From IMG/VR virus record IMGVR_UViG_3300028844_001770, positions 2,514-66,513 of that record: a DNA stretch of 64,000 nucleotides; one strand, written 5' to 3'. Position numbers and translations under genes: made by a program. The notes below the pieces were generated by a model that was given only the letters and a program-made list of their open reading frames with translations, was not told where the DNA came from and ran no database searches. The DNA comes from a virus. Positions 21,036-30,005 of the stretch are shown piece by piece; positions within the stretch are counted from its first letter, which is position 1; every line of letters begins with the position of its first letter.

Positions 21036-21869
21036 ATGGATACAGATATAAAAGCAGATGCCGGAGCAGGTACTGATAATACAGATACTAGTTTAAACGG
21101 CGAGGCTCGTGCAGGCGCTGGTATCTATGTAAATGCTAAAGGTGAATGGACAGACCCTAACGGTGGTGTGTTGACTGGTGAAGCCCTTATGAAAGCAGAA
21201 GCAAATGCTAGTGCAAAGTATGGCGTTGGATACAGAGATGGTAACCTATACATTGAAGCAGTAGCAGAAGCAAAACTTCGTGCAGAAGTGGCACTTAAAG
21301 CAGAATACCAAAATGGTGACCATGCAGTTGGCACTGAACTATATGCATATGCAGAAGTATACGCATGGGCAGGTGGCACAGCAAATGTCGGAACTGACGG
21401 TGCTTGGTTTGAAGGTGGCGCTATCGCAGGTGCGAAAGCAGGAGTAGGTAACAAGACTTACTACACAAATGAATCACTCGGACTAGCAGTCACTAATGAT
21501 ACCTCGGTAAGTGTAGGTACACAAGTAGGCGCAAAGATTGGTGGTGGTTATCAAGTTCCTGATTGGAACAAAGATAGCAAACCAATTACTATAGGTGCTG
21601 ATGTTAATTTAGCACTACTTGTTGGTGTTAAAACAGGCGGCACAGTAACAGTTGATGTTGACCCTGTATATGATGTTGGAGAGACTGTAGTAGACAATGC
21701 AGTAGCACCAGTTGTAGACAATGTAGTAACTCCAATTGTAGACAATGTAGTAACTCCAATTGTAGACAATGTAGTAGCACCAGTTGTAGACAATGTAGTA
21801 GCACCAATTGAGAAGTTAATTCCACCAATTAAACCACCGAAGATTAAGAAGCCGAAGTGGATGCCATAG
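21036..21869 (+). CDS. Gly/Ala-rich beta-strand protein with C-terminal VVDNVVxP repeats and Pro/Lys tail
   Basis: AGGAG RBS; AxAG/AEA alternating pattern; 5 octapeptide repeats. Confidence 0.8.
   Translation: MDTDIKADAGAGTDNTDTSLNGEARAGAGIYVNAKGEWTDPNGGVLTGEALMKAEANASAKYGVGYRDGNLYIEAVAEAKLRAEVALKAEYQNGDHAVGTELYAYAEVYAWAGGTANVGTDGAWFEGGAIAGAKAGVGNKTYYTNESLGLAVTNDTSVSVGTQVGAKIGGGYQVPDWNKDSKPITIGADVNLALLVGVKTGGTVTVDVDPVYDVGETVVDNAVAPVVDNVVTPIVDNVVTPIVDNVVAPVVDNVVAPIEKLIPPIKPPKIKKPKWMP
21690..21809 (+). repeat. 5 x 24 bp in-frame tandem repeat
   Basis: Unit GTAGACAATGTAGTA(GCACCAG/ACTCCAA)TT. Confidence 0.95.
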
Positions 21870-21883
21870 GAGATGAAAAAGAA

Positions 21884-22093
21884 ATGAAAGATTTAAAAGG
21901 AACATTGTCAGCAGTTATTGTGTTAGTTTTTGCAATAGGCTTAATGGCTATATTGGGACTTATTGTAGTAGATGAGTTTATGATGGCAAACGAACACGGT
22001 GGCAAACTAGACAGTAACATTATCGAACTATTACAAATGAGTATCACAGGTATCATTGGCTTAGTTGCTGGTTATGTCGGTGGTAAAAACTAA
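21884..22093 (+). CDS. Small two-TM membrane protein
   Basis: Two hydrophobic stretches (AVIVLVFAIGLMAILGLIVV; SITGIIGLVAGYVGG). Confidence 0.7.
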   Translation: MKDLKGTLSAVIVLVFAIGLMAILGLIVVDEFMMANEHGGKLDSNIIELLQMSITGIIGLVAGYVGGKN

Positions 22094-22144
22094 AAGCATT
22101 GGAAAAGTTAGTTAATTTCCATGAGGCAATTCGCAGAAGATAAG
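22092..22144 (+). repeat. Direct repeat copy 2: orphaned 3' end (ALEKLVNFHEAIRRR*) of the 39 aa gene
   Basis: AAAAGCATTGGAAAAGTTAG...CGCAGAAGATAAG; no start codon of its own. Confidence 0.85.
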
Positions 22145-22269
22145 TGGGATATATACGGCATTTATCTCCTGAAGAACTCAAGCAGTTAAAAAAAGACCGT
22201 ATAAAAGAAAAGAGAGAAAGAAAGAAAAATGTTCGATTGGAAAAAACCAACAATACAATTGTTGGGTAG
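22144..22269 (+). CDS. Possible 41 aa basic mini-protein
   Basis: GTG start right after the repeat's stop; MGYIRHLSPEELKQLKKDRIKEKRERKK...; overlaps next gene by 41 nt. Confidence 0.3.
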   Translation: MGYIRHLSPEELKQLKKDRIKEKRERKKNVRLEKTNNTIVG

Positions 22270-22603
22270 ATGGCAACCTTGGCATGACGGACACACAGAG
22301 TTGTTTAAAAAAGCATACAGAAAGACAAGACAAGTATGTATTATGATACGTGATGTAAGTGGTATAGATGATAATCCATTTGATATTGAAAGTGTCAAAA
22401 GTAATATTGTCAGTCGCTTACATGAGCAGGGATTTAAAAATAATTACGATTATGTAGTTGTAGAGGTACCAAACATCGTAGACATTAGTTATGGCAGAGG
22501 TGTAGGATATACGTTTACAGAACACAATCTAGGCGAAAAGATACACAATATCAGTGCAACTAATATTCGCTCAGAACTACGTGAAAGTGGAAAATTGAAA
22601 TAG
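22229..22603 (+). CDS. HxGH-type nucleotidyltransferase (cytidylyltransferase/NMNAT-like)
   Basis: LGRWQPWHDGH and ISATNIR motifs. Confidence 0.85.
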   Translation: MFDWKKPTIQLLGRWQPWHDGHTELFKKAYRKTRQVCIMIRDVSGIDDNPFDIESVKSNIVSRLHEQGFKNNYDYVVVEVPNIVDISYGRGVGYTFTEHNLGEKIHNISATNIRSELRESGKLK

Positions 22604-22612
22604 AAGGAAATT

Positions 22613-22768
22613 ATGCGAGAAAAAATAAGAATGCAATCAACAGAGTCAGCACATTTTTATACAAGACATAAAAATAAAAGACTGCATCCAGAAAAGATGA
22701 CGTTAAATATGTATGACCCATACATACGCAAACATTGTAAATATACAGAACAAAAGATTAAGAAGTGA
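22613..22768 (+). CDS. rpmG: 50S ribosomal protein bL33 (not in ORF track)
   Basis: AAGGA RBS; [51 protein letters not shown] matches L33 pattern REKI..S...HFYT..KNKR..PEK....YDP..RKH..Y.E.KIK. Confidence 0.9.
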   Translation: MREKIRMQSTESAHFYTRHKNKRLHPEKMTLNMYDPYIRKHCKYTEQKIKK

Positions 22769-22866
22769 CTATTAAGTTGTTCATTATGATGTACACTCTT
22801 TGTGGGTTTGCAGTAGGATTATCAGTGGGCATACTTATAACTACTATACTTATGAAAGGCAAGTAA
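22765..22866 (+). CDS. Possible 33 aa single-TM peptide
   Basis: GTGA overlap with rpmG stop; [33 protein letters not shown]. Confidence 0.4.
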   Translation: MTIKLFIMMYTLCGFAVGLSVGILITTILMKGK

Positions 22867-22874
22867 TTACCATT

Positions 22875-23573
22875 CTATCTTATCGATAGATTATCTTGTA
22901 CCCATCTTATAGTTTCTTCATTTAATGTAACATTACATATTACAAAAATACTATCTAAACTAGGCGAAGAATTGAACAAAGTATGTACCTTTGTTGTGTC
23001 TATTATATGACCTTTACCCATTTCAAAATTAAGTATTCGGTCTTCAAGTAGAAATATATTTGTTGGTGGATTACCATTTTCTATAGGATATATTAATCTA
23101 AAACTGTCTTGGTTTCCATAGATATGGTCTCTGTGTGGTGGAAAATACCCACCTGGTGGTAATCTTAGTAGATGAGTACGAACACAGTGTTTAATTATAG
23201 GTCCTAAAACTCTCTGCAATTCACTACTACTTTTATAAAGTTCAGTAGGTACGTTAAAGTCTGGTTCTCGCCAATGAGTTTTATGTTCCTTGTTCCATTC
23301 ACCTAAACTATCTAATGCAGGTCCTGGACCACATTCGCCTCGTTCATTGAGAATACACAAGCCGTCACGTTTAATCCAATCTTTGCGTGGATTATACTTT
23401 GCCCATTTATTTTTAAATGGTTCTAGTTCTTTAAATAGTTTATCAATATCAAATTTTGATTCTACTAGAAAACAATCTCCAAATTGAGTAATACTTCTAA
23501 TATCAACGTTAGTTGGTCGGTCTTCATCATATCCTAACTTTGGTCTTGGCGGTATTATATTGTTGTTTTCCAT
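22875..23573 (-). CDS. Asp/Asn beta-hydroxylase-like 2OG-Fe(II) oxygenase
   Basis: LRLPPGGYFPPHRD...FRL...DTTKVHTLFN. Confidence 0.8.
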   Translation of the reverse strand: MENNNIIPPRPKLGYDEDRPTNVDIRSITQFGDCFLVESKFDIDKLFKELEPFKNKWAKYNPRKDWIKRDGLCILNERGECGPGPALDSLGEWNKEHKTHWREPDFNVPTELYKSSSELQRVLGPIIKHCVRTHLLRLPPGGYFPPHRDHIYGNQDSFRLIYPIENGNPPTNIFLLEDRILNFEMGKGHIIDTTKVHTLFNSSPSLDSIFVICNVTLNEETIRWVQDNLSIR

Positions 23574-23615
23574 TTAGGAATCTCCTATTTACAATTATAT
23601 TTAGGTTTTATGAAA

Positions 23616-24185
23616 CTAGAATGGAATATCATCATCAAAGTCGAATAGGTCCGGTTGGACTTCGTTCTCTGCTCTTAGATAGGTTTCGAAAGTTATATCT
23701 GGAGAATGTTGGTTACCTTGAGAATACATTTGATTAAGTAATACAAAATCTCTTGTATATTCTTCTATGTTTACTTTAGTATCTGATATATATGTATCAT
23801 GGACTCGTGTAACAAACATTGCATCACAAAACTGATACGCTTCATCATAGAGAGTTTTGCCACCAATAACAAATATATCTTGTTCTGGATATGAAAAATC
23901 AAGTGCGGTTAAAATAACTTCAATAGTGTCGATTGATGGATTACGAACTGCAAAGCATCCAGGAAAGTCGTCTTTTTTATGATTTGAACTAATCACATAA
24001 TTGTGACGATGCTTTAGTGGTGCATGAATACCTAGACTTTTCCAAGTAGTAGCACCCATAACTATAACATTTTCTTCTGTTAACTGCTTGAACCAGTTTA
24101 AGTCTTCTGTTATCTTAGGCCAAGGAAGACCGTTTTTAAACCCTATGCCGCCAGTTTCATCGACAGCGAGAATCATATTAATCAT
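23616..24185 (-). CDS. folA: Dihydrofolate reductase
   Basis: ILAVD..GGIG..NGLPW...EDLNWFK, VMGATTW, PLKHR, VIGG. Confidence 0.93.
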   Translation of the reverse strand: MINMILAVDETGGIGFKNGLPWPKITEDLNWFKQLTEENVIVMGATTWKSLGIHAPLKHRHNYVISSNHKKDDFPGCFAVRNPSIDTIEVILTALDFSYPEQDIFVIGGKTLYDEAYQFCDAMFVTRVHDTYISDTKVNIEEYTRDFVLLNQMYSQGNQHSPDITFETYLRAENEVQPDLFDFDDDIPF

Positions 24186-24537
24186 TTCCTGTCAACGTGT
24201 CCTTATTTTCGTCTTCTATTTCGCCATCAATAGTTCCACTATCAATATCATCTTCAAAATGGGCGTTTAGAATTGTTTTTACATTTACAGCAACATCATC
24301 TTTAATTTTGGCAACGTCAATCTTTACTTGAACATCAGCAATTTTATCAAATCGATGTACGAGACTTTCCCAGTTTAAGTCATCAGCAAGTGGTAGAGGA
24401 TGTAAAAGTTCATCACCTGACATTTCAATCACTTGTCCACTTGCTAATGTTACTAAAATACTTTCTACGTATTCAGTGGGAATACTCATCGGAAATATTT
24501 CATCCATTAACTTATCAAAGTCTGGGTCTTCCATCAT
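24178..24537 (-). CDS. Acidic hypothetical protein
   Basis: GAGGT RBS, overlap with folA start. Confidence 0.7.
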   Translation of the reverse strand: MMEDPDFDKLMDEIFPMSIPTEYVESILVTLASGQVIEMSGDELLHPLPLADDLNWESLVHRFDKIADVQVKIDVAKIKDDVAVNVKTILNAHFEDDIDSGTIDGEIEDENKDTLTGND

Positions 24538-24569
24538 TTCAGTAACCTCTTAAAGTTAATGTTATAAAA

Positions 24570-25220
24570 TTATTCCGTTGGTGCCGCCGCTTTGGCTCTC
24601 GCCGCCATTGCTTTAGCAGTAGTACCGGCTGGTCTACCTCTGCCTTTTTTAGCAGGTTTTTCAGCCTTCTCGGTAAGAGACGGGTCATATTTTACTGCTT
24701 CGGCACGTTTTCTTTCTGCTTCTTCTTCCAACATCACTGCTTGGACTAACAAGTTTTGGGCAATTTGTTTCTTATCGCCTTCGGCTGTCATATCTATTTG
24801 TTCAGTAATATTTTCTGACAAAGATTGTGGTGGCTTAACAGGAGTATTCCCTGCTTCACCTCCAGTAATCTCTTCCATCTGCTTTAATAAATCAGTCAAT
24901 GGAATTGAAGTAGCGGAATTTGGTGTCATGGTGATTGAATCTGTTGGCAACTTCTTCAGCATGCCCTCTTTATGTAAAGAGTCTAACATAACATTTCCAT
25001 TCCAAAATACTTTGCGAGAAAGGACTTCATATAATTCTTTTGCGGCTTGTCCTTCTTTAGATTCGACAGCAGACATAAAATCATCGTGGTATTTGTCTGG
25101 AAGCGAATCACTGTATACTACTAATGCATGTTTTTTATCATCAGGCAATTGCATAAAAACAACACACAACCGTGTATTAGTTCCTGTCTGAACACCTGTA
25201 TGTTTGATAAATGAAGGCAT
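24570..25220 (-). CDS. Hypothetical protein with C-terminal AT-hook-like motif
   Basis: KKGRGRP near C-terminus; TAATG coupling to upstream gene. Confidence 0.75.
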   Translation of the reverse strand: MPSFIKHTGVQTGTNTRLCVVFMQLPDDKKHALVVYSDSLPDKYHDDFMSAVESKEGQAAKELYEVLSRKVFWNGNVMLDSLHKEGMLKKLPTDSITMTPNSATSIPLTDLLKQMEEITGGEAGNTPVKPPQSLSENITEQIDMTAEGDKKQIAQNLLVQAVMLEEEAERKRAEAVKYDPSLTEKAEKPAKKGRGRPAGTTAKAMAARAKAAAPTE

Positions 25221-25480
25221 TATGCTTCACCACCTTCAGTCACGTCTGCATTTTCTCCACCTTCTGCTTCGGCTGCCGCTTGTTGCGCCGCTTGAACATG
25301 GTCTACAAATTCTTTGACTTTGTTTGCTACTGCACCTACAGACGAAAGTTCATTCGCTTGAAAGGCACCTCGCTTAGATGCTAAGTCAATAATGTTATAG
25401 ATATTGACCAAATCGTTCACTGTGACACTAGGTGCCGCCGCTGGTGCTTCTGGTGCCGCTGTTGTTTCTTTTTCTGACAT
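25220..25480 (-). CDS. Hypothetical protein
   Basis: AGGAG RBS; IIDLASKRGAF core. Confidence 0.75.
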   Translation of the reverse strand: MSEKETTAAPEAPAAAPSVTVNDLVNIYNIIDLASKRGAFQANELSSVGAVANKVKEFVDHVQAAQQAAAEAEGGENADVTEGGEA

Positions 25481-25556
25481 AAAATTTCTCCTTTGTCATT
25501 TGTTATTAAATTAATATTATATATAATATGAACTAAATTATTCAATTCACTAGTCT

Positions 25557-25585
25557 ATTCTACATCATCTAGCCATCAAAGTCAA
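25557..25585 (-). promoter_or_regulatory. sigma70-type promoter
   Basis: TTGACT-17 bp-TAGAAT. Confidence 0.6.
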
Positions 25586-25601
25586 GTATTTTGTTCAAAT
25601 A

Positions 25602-26129
25602 TTATGCTATTTTCTCTGTTTTTTTGTTAATATATTTAAACCAAATCTCGTGGTCAATGTGAGATGTATTAACTCCACTAACTAATTGTAAGAAATCTGG
25701 TTGTTTGGGTACTCTATAAGGTTTTATGTGAGTATGATTGCCTTTTTGGTTATTACACTTCTTACAAGCAGTTACCGTATTTTCCCAAGTCAACTTGCCA
25801 CCTTTAGATTTAGGAACAACGTGGTCAAGTGTTAATTCTTTATAACTAAACATCTGTTTACAATACTGACAAATATAGTTATCTCTTAGATAAACATTAC
25901 TTCTACTGAATGAAGTGTTAACTCGTTGCTTAACAAATTCTCTGGACATTATAACACTCGGCACAGTCATTGTTATATTAGGACTATGTACCTGCCAATC
26001 CTGATGCCATTCTAGGACATTAATACGGTCGAGCCAGACGAGTTTAATGCTCTCTTGCCAAGTGAGTGTTGAAAGAGGTGCGACACTTAAAGGATTGCCG
26101 TCTGCATTAAGGAGGAGGGTATCTCTCAT
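25602..26129 (-). CDS. HNH endonuclease (McrA-like)
   Basis: RDNYICQYC, TLDHVVPKSKGG, WENTVTACKKCNNQKG. Confidence 0.92.
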   Translation of the reverse strand: MRDTLLLNADGNPLSVAPLSTLTWQESIKLVWLDRINVLEWHQDWQVHSPNITMTVPSVIMSREFVKQRVNTSFSRSNVYLRDNYICQYCKQMFSYKELTLDHVVPKSKGGKLTWENTVTACKKCNNQKGNHTHIKPYRVPKQPDFLQLVSGVNTSHIDHEIWFKYINKKTEKIA

Positions 26130-26167
26130 AATAAATATTTATCAAAAAGAGAAACCCTCAGTTTTAT

Positions 26168-27124
26168 TTACAAACCTGCTGGAACGATTACATAATGAAT
26201 CATTAATACGACTCCTAATGATGCGGCTAAGCCAACCATCATTTTCAAAAAGTCTTTTCCGATAAGAGGAAAAACAGATTTTACTTTTTTACCTGTGAAT
26301 GATGCGATTGCAAGTTCACGTCCACAAAGTAGTCCAACAAATACCCAAGTTGTTGACATTGGAATATCATTTAGTTCTTTAAAGAAGAATAAGATTAACC
26401 AATAAACACCATCAATAATTGTAGCACTTCTTACATACTTTGTGTTATGCTTTTCAACAACAATCTGTTGAATTTTACCACCGCCTTCACGGAACATAAA
26501 CCCAAGACCGCCAACAAATACTACACTGATTAGTATCATTATATCCCAAGGTATAACTCTGGGTAAGAATACGGCAATGTTTGCCATATCGTGTGACAAC
26601 CAAGTCCACCACAAGAATCCTGTAGTCGCCCATTGTCCAACACGCCACCACTTCTTATGTGATTCTTTAACAGGTGATGCTTCGTCTAATAATCTACTTA
26701 CAACCATCCAGATACCATATGCGGCTACGGCCGCTACTGCATATCCCATCATACTTTTCATAAGCATCTTTTCTAGTACGAAGGTTGAAGCGAATGCTGA
26801 TAATACCAAGAATGATGTACTCACTGGAACACCAACTCTTGTTAATAGTAATAGTAATCCTGGAGCCATTGCGTGATACCATTGTACTTCTACAAATGGA
26901 ATCCGATTTAGTCTTCCGTAACTAATATCACCACCATACATATACCAGCCATACCATAATGCCCACAATAACACGGCACTGGCCGCGAACCACATAGTAG
27001 TCCACTTAAATTTCTCATTGTTTGATGCAATCCACGTTCCGAGTGTTTGTACGGAGTCATTTGCAATAACAGAATAGGCGGCAAATAAAAAACCAATTGC
27101 CATCCATAAGGTCATTTCCATCAT
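26168..27124 (-). CDS. Multi-TM protein resembling PiT/PHO4 phosphate transporters
   Basis: Duplicated PiT-like signatures IANDSVQTLGT...PVSTS and SHDMANI...PMSTT. Confidence 0.6.
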   Translation of the reverse strand: MMEMTLWMAIGFLFAAYSVIANDSVQTLGTWIASNNEKFKWTTMWFAASAVLLWALWYGWYMYGGDISYGRLNRIPFVEVQWYHAMAPGLLLLLTRVGVPVSTSFLVLSAFASTFVLEKMLMKSMMGYAVAAVAAYGIWMVVSRLLDEASPVKESHKKWWRVGQWATTGFLWWTWLSHDMANIAVFLPRVIPWDIMILISVVFVGGLGFMFREGGGKIQQIVVEKHNTKYVRSATIIDGVYWLILFFFKELNDIPMSTTWVFVGLLCGRELAIASFTGKKVKSVFPLIGKDFLKMMVGLAASLGVVLMIHYVIVPAGL

Positions 27125-27175
27125 AATCTTCCTCTTATAGTTAATAAAAAAGATTGCTTAATTGCACTCTTTATT

Positions 27176-27204
27176 ATAATAACATATTTGAACTATCTGG
27201 TCAA
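27176..27204 (-). promoter_or_regulatory. sigma70-type promoter
   Basis: TTGACC-17 bp-TATTAT (with overlapping TATAAT). Confidence 0.5.
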
Positions 27205-27220
27205 TAGTTTTTTGTATTTT

Positions 27221-28528
27221 TTATGATTGACTATAATAGGCGTGTTCGCCAAATGGTGGGACAATACTTTCAGAACCGTGAATGATAAACAAACTATCAC
27301 AATAACTTTCGTCACCCCAACTATCCCAAGGTAAACCATCAGTAAACATGATAAACTTATCAGGCTCAATATCATTGTCTTTCATAAACTGGTAGTTGAT
27401 ATCAAAGTCAGTACCACCGCCACCGATAATCTCATAATTTTTGAGTTCATCAGCATTGTATGGGTCAAACTCTTTATAACCCTCACCGTTTACTTCGGTA
27501 TCAAAAGTCCAAACACGAATTTTGAAGTCTTGGAACTGTTGCATAATGCCAGACATTTCACCAAGGAACTCTTCAATCATAGAAGATGAAATAGAACCAG
27601 AAACATCAAGTGCGATTGCAACATCAATCTTTTCTTCATTCTTTGAACCAGGAAGATAAACACCCATTGATTGTGATTTACGAGATTGTCTCATAAATGT
27701 GAAATCACTTTTCAAAAGACTTTGGATTGAAATGTTAAGAAGTTCACGCCAATCCATCTTAGGATTAGTCATGCCATTTATAATTCTTTTAACATCACCA
27801 GGAAGAGTACCAGCATCAGTTGATTGTGCCGCTTGTATTACAGCCTGTTTCATCTGGTCTTTAATCGCTTGGGCTTCTTGCTTAGAAACTTTGATAGGAG
27901 CACCACGACCAGTTGGGTCATTCTTACCGTCACCGTTACCGTCACCAAACATGTGAATGTCTAATGTTTCTTTATCATCAGCCTCACCAGTTTCTTTAAG
28001 GTGTTCATAAATCTCTTCGGTATAACTCCTGTAATACTTTCGGTCATGTAATGCCATCTTTGGCATAACACCAACACGTGATTCAACCAAGGCTTGATTA
28101 ACTTTATAGTCAGCCGCAATATTCCAAAGTTTCATATCACGTGAATTTTCTTCCATGTCCATCAAACGACCATACTCACCACAATGCTCATACACACAGT
28201 GAAGAACTTCGTGACCAACAACAAAATCAATTTCTTCTGGTGTCATAGTTCGGAAGAAATCACAGTTGTAATAAAAATGTCTGCCGTCAGTTGCGGCTGT
28301 AGGACACCATTCTGCCTCGACTAATTTCAATCGAGTAGCAAGTGTACCAAAAAATGGATGACGGATAAGAAGTCTAACACGACTACTCACAATCATTTCT
28401 TTAACTTCTAAATCAGTATAATCAAATACTACCGGCTCTGGCAGAGTATCATCTACTTCAATACCATTAGCGGCTAGAACATCGTCTAACGCACTGTCTA
28501 ATTCTTGTTCATTTGAAACTGTTGGCAT
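27221..28528 (-). CDS. Metallopeptidase-like + vWA domain protein (DUF2201-type MoxR partner)
   Basis: PTAATDG, HEVLH, WNIAADYKVN, DVSGS MIDAS, GGGGTDF, FTDG. Confidence 0.9.
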   Translation of the reverse strand: MPTVSNEQELDSALDDVLAANGIEVDDTLPEPVVFDYTDLEVKEMIVSSRVRLLIRHPFFGTLATRLKLVEAEWCPTAATDGRHFYYNCDFFRTMTPEEIDFVVGHEVLHCVYEHCGEYGRLMDMEENSRDMKLWNIAADYKVNQALVESRVGVMPKMALHDRKYYRSYTEEIYEHLKETGEADDKETLDIHMFGDGNGDGKNDPTGRGAPIKVSKQEAQAIKDQMKQAVIQAAQSTDAGTLPGDVKRIINGMTNPKMDWRELLNISIQSLLKSDFTFMRQSRKSQSMGVYLPGSKNEEKIDVAIALDVSGSISSSMIEEFLGEMSGIMQQFQDFKIRVWTFDTEVNGEGYKEFDPYNADELKNYEIIGGGGTDFDINYQFMKDNDIEPDKFIMFTDGLPWDSWGDESYCDSLFIIHGSESIVPPFGEHAYYSQS

Positions 28529-28561
28529 ATTATTTCCTCTTTATTCTTTAATTATACTTAT

Positions 28562-28594
28562 AGTATAGCACAAAACCGATATCTGTCAAGTTTT
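28562..28594 (-). promoter_or_regulatory. Early promoter AAAACTTGACA-N16-TATACT
   Basis: Near-identical to 29973..30005; -35 box contains the stop codon of the upstream gene. Confidence 0.75.
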
Positions 28595-29080
28595 AAGCAC
28601 CTTTTGTGCCTCAATCCATAAAGAACTGCCTACAACTTTGTCCATATCATCGACTAATTGTTTCATTTCTGCTTTAAATACTGATGCAAAACCACTGTCA
28701 AATCGAAATATTGTCTCTGAATTATCTATCATATCAGCCAACTTTATGAATTGTGCCTCTGCTGGTGCTTGTGCCAATCTGGCTCTATCTATACCTTTTC
28801 GTACAGCCCTATTTCCGTCTTCAGGCTTTGAGGTATCAGTTAACCATTGAACTAAAGTTGCAACATCGTGTCCAAATAAGGCGTTAATATCAGCCAAAGT
28901 GTACTGTGTATCTTCTACAACATCGTGTAACAACGCACCAGCCTGCTGGATTTCGCTACCACCGTGTCTTTGAACCATATCTGCTACTGATATAGGGTGA
29001 ACAATGTAGTCTTCACCAGTGTATTTCCGCTTCTGACCTTCGTGGGCCTTAGTCGCAAATTGTAATACATCTGATAACAT
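28586..29080 (-). CDS. HD-domain small alarmone ((p)ppGpp) hydrolase-like protein
   Basis: AHEGQKRKYTGEDYIVHP, LLHDVVEDT, IKLADMIDN; ATG at 29080 follows AGAGAGG RBS. Confidence 0.85.
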   Translation of the reverse strand: MLSDVLQFATKAHEGQKRKYTGEDYIVHPISVADMVQRHGGSEIQQAGALLHDVVEDTQYTLADINALFGHDVATLVQWLTDTSKPEDGNRAVRKGIDRARLAQAPAEAQFIKLADMIDNSETIFRFDSGFASVFKAEMKQLVDDMDKVVGSSLWIEAQKVLKT

Positions 29081-29110
29081 TATTAATACCTCTCTATTGA
29101 ATATACTTGT

Positions 29111-29143
29111 ATTATACCACAATAATCATACCTGTCAAGTTTT
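29111..29143 (-). promoter_or_regulatory. Early promoter AAAACTTGACA-N16-TATAAT
   Basis: Direct motif match. Confidence 0.75.
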
Positions 29144-29942
29144 AAGAAAATTTAACGTAATTAACTTTAGTTTCATTTACTGTATCATCTTTCCAGACAG
29201 TTCCTAATCCTTTTACCTTACAGGAAATCTTAATATTATTCTTACTATTTGCAATATCTTCATTAGTGGTAAAGAAACTTAGTCTGTGATTGTCGTTTGT
29301 GATTGCGTTTACCATATAACCAGACCCACCATATTGTGTGGTCGCTATATATTTTGATGTTAGTATCTCAATCTCAGTGTTAATTTTGTCACCAATTTGA
29401 CCTAGATGTCCAGATTGATTACTACGGTCTTTCAGTTCATCATCTTTTGTATTTGTTTTATAATAAGTAGGAATATATGCGGCAATTCCCATTACATGAC
29501 TGCTAAGTGAACTATCTTCTGCCAGGAATTTAGCAATTCCATTCTCAAATTCTGTTAGATTATCAGCAAGAATTTTAAATGTAAATTTAGATTCGAGATA
29601 ACTCATTATCTCTTTTGCTTCTTGGTAAATTTTGTCTGTAATTAGATGGCGATAATTAGTAAGAATACCTATAAGTATTTCTTTATTACTGAAACCAACC
29701 TTTTTAAACTCACCTTCATGGATATCAAATGAACCCGAAGTCTTAACATATTTGTCATTGAATTTATTTGCAACGATTGATGCACTTAGTATCTCAGTTT
29801 TAGTAAAAGAATATATGGAATCTGCATCCTGCATATCCTGTAGTGTTTTTTCAGAATCAGTAAAGTTGTACTTTCCATAGTAAAGTATTACTTTTGATTC
29901 ATTAAAATCTATATATTTGTGTGGCTTTGAAGTGTCTATCAT
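29142..29942 (-). CDS. Hypothetical protein with possible C-terminal OB-fold
   Basis: HLGQIGDKI...ISCKVK...ETKVNYVK pattern. Confidence 0.65.
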   Translation of the reverse strand: MIDTSKPHKYIDFNESKVILYYGKYNFTDSEKTLQDMQDADSIYSFTKTEILSASIVANKFNDKYVKTSGSFDIHEGEFKKVGFSNKEILIGILTNYRHLITDKIYQEAKEIMSYLESKFTFKILADNLTEFENGIAKFLAEDSSLSSHVMGIAAYIPTYYKTNTKDDELKDRSNQSGHLGQIGDKINTEIEILTSKYIATTQYGGSGYMVNAITNDNHRLSFFTTNEDIANSKNNIKISCKVKGLGTVWKDDTVNETKVNYVKFS

Positions 29943-29972
29943 ATTCGTTACTCTTTAATTGATTATGATATA

Positions 29973-30005
29973 ATTATAGCACAAAACCGATTCCTGTCAA
30001 GTTTT
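29973..30005 (-). promoter_or_regulatory. Early promoter AAAACTTGACA-N16-TATAAT with GAATC in spacer
   Basis: Direct motif match; -35 contains stop codon of 29997..30680. Confidence 0.75.

Noticed and set aside
21690-21809. 24 bp repeat array as a possible CRISPR
   Set aside because: Units are contiguous with no unique spacers and encode an in-frame peptide repeat; no cas genes seen
24592-25191. 199 aa + strand ORF and the many other short opposite-strand ORFs in the track
   Set aside because: Fully overlap better-supported genes on the coding strand
29081-29122. Longer N-terminus of the HD protein from the ORF track
   Set aside because: Overlaps the promoter -10 box; RBS supports ATG at 29080
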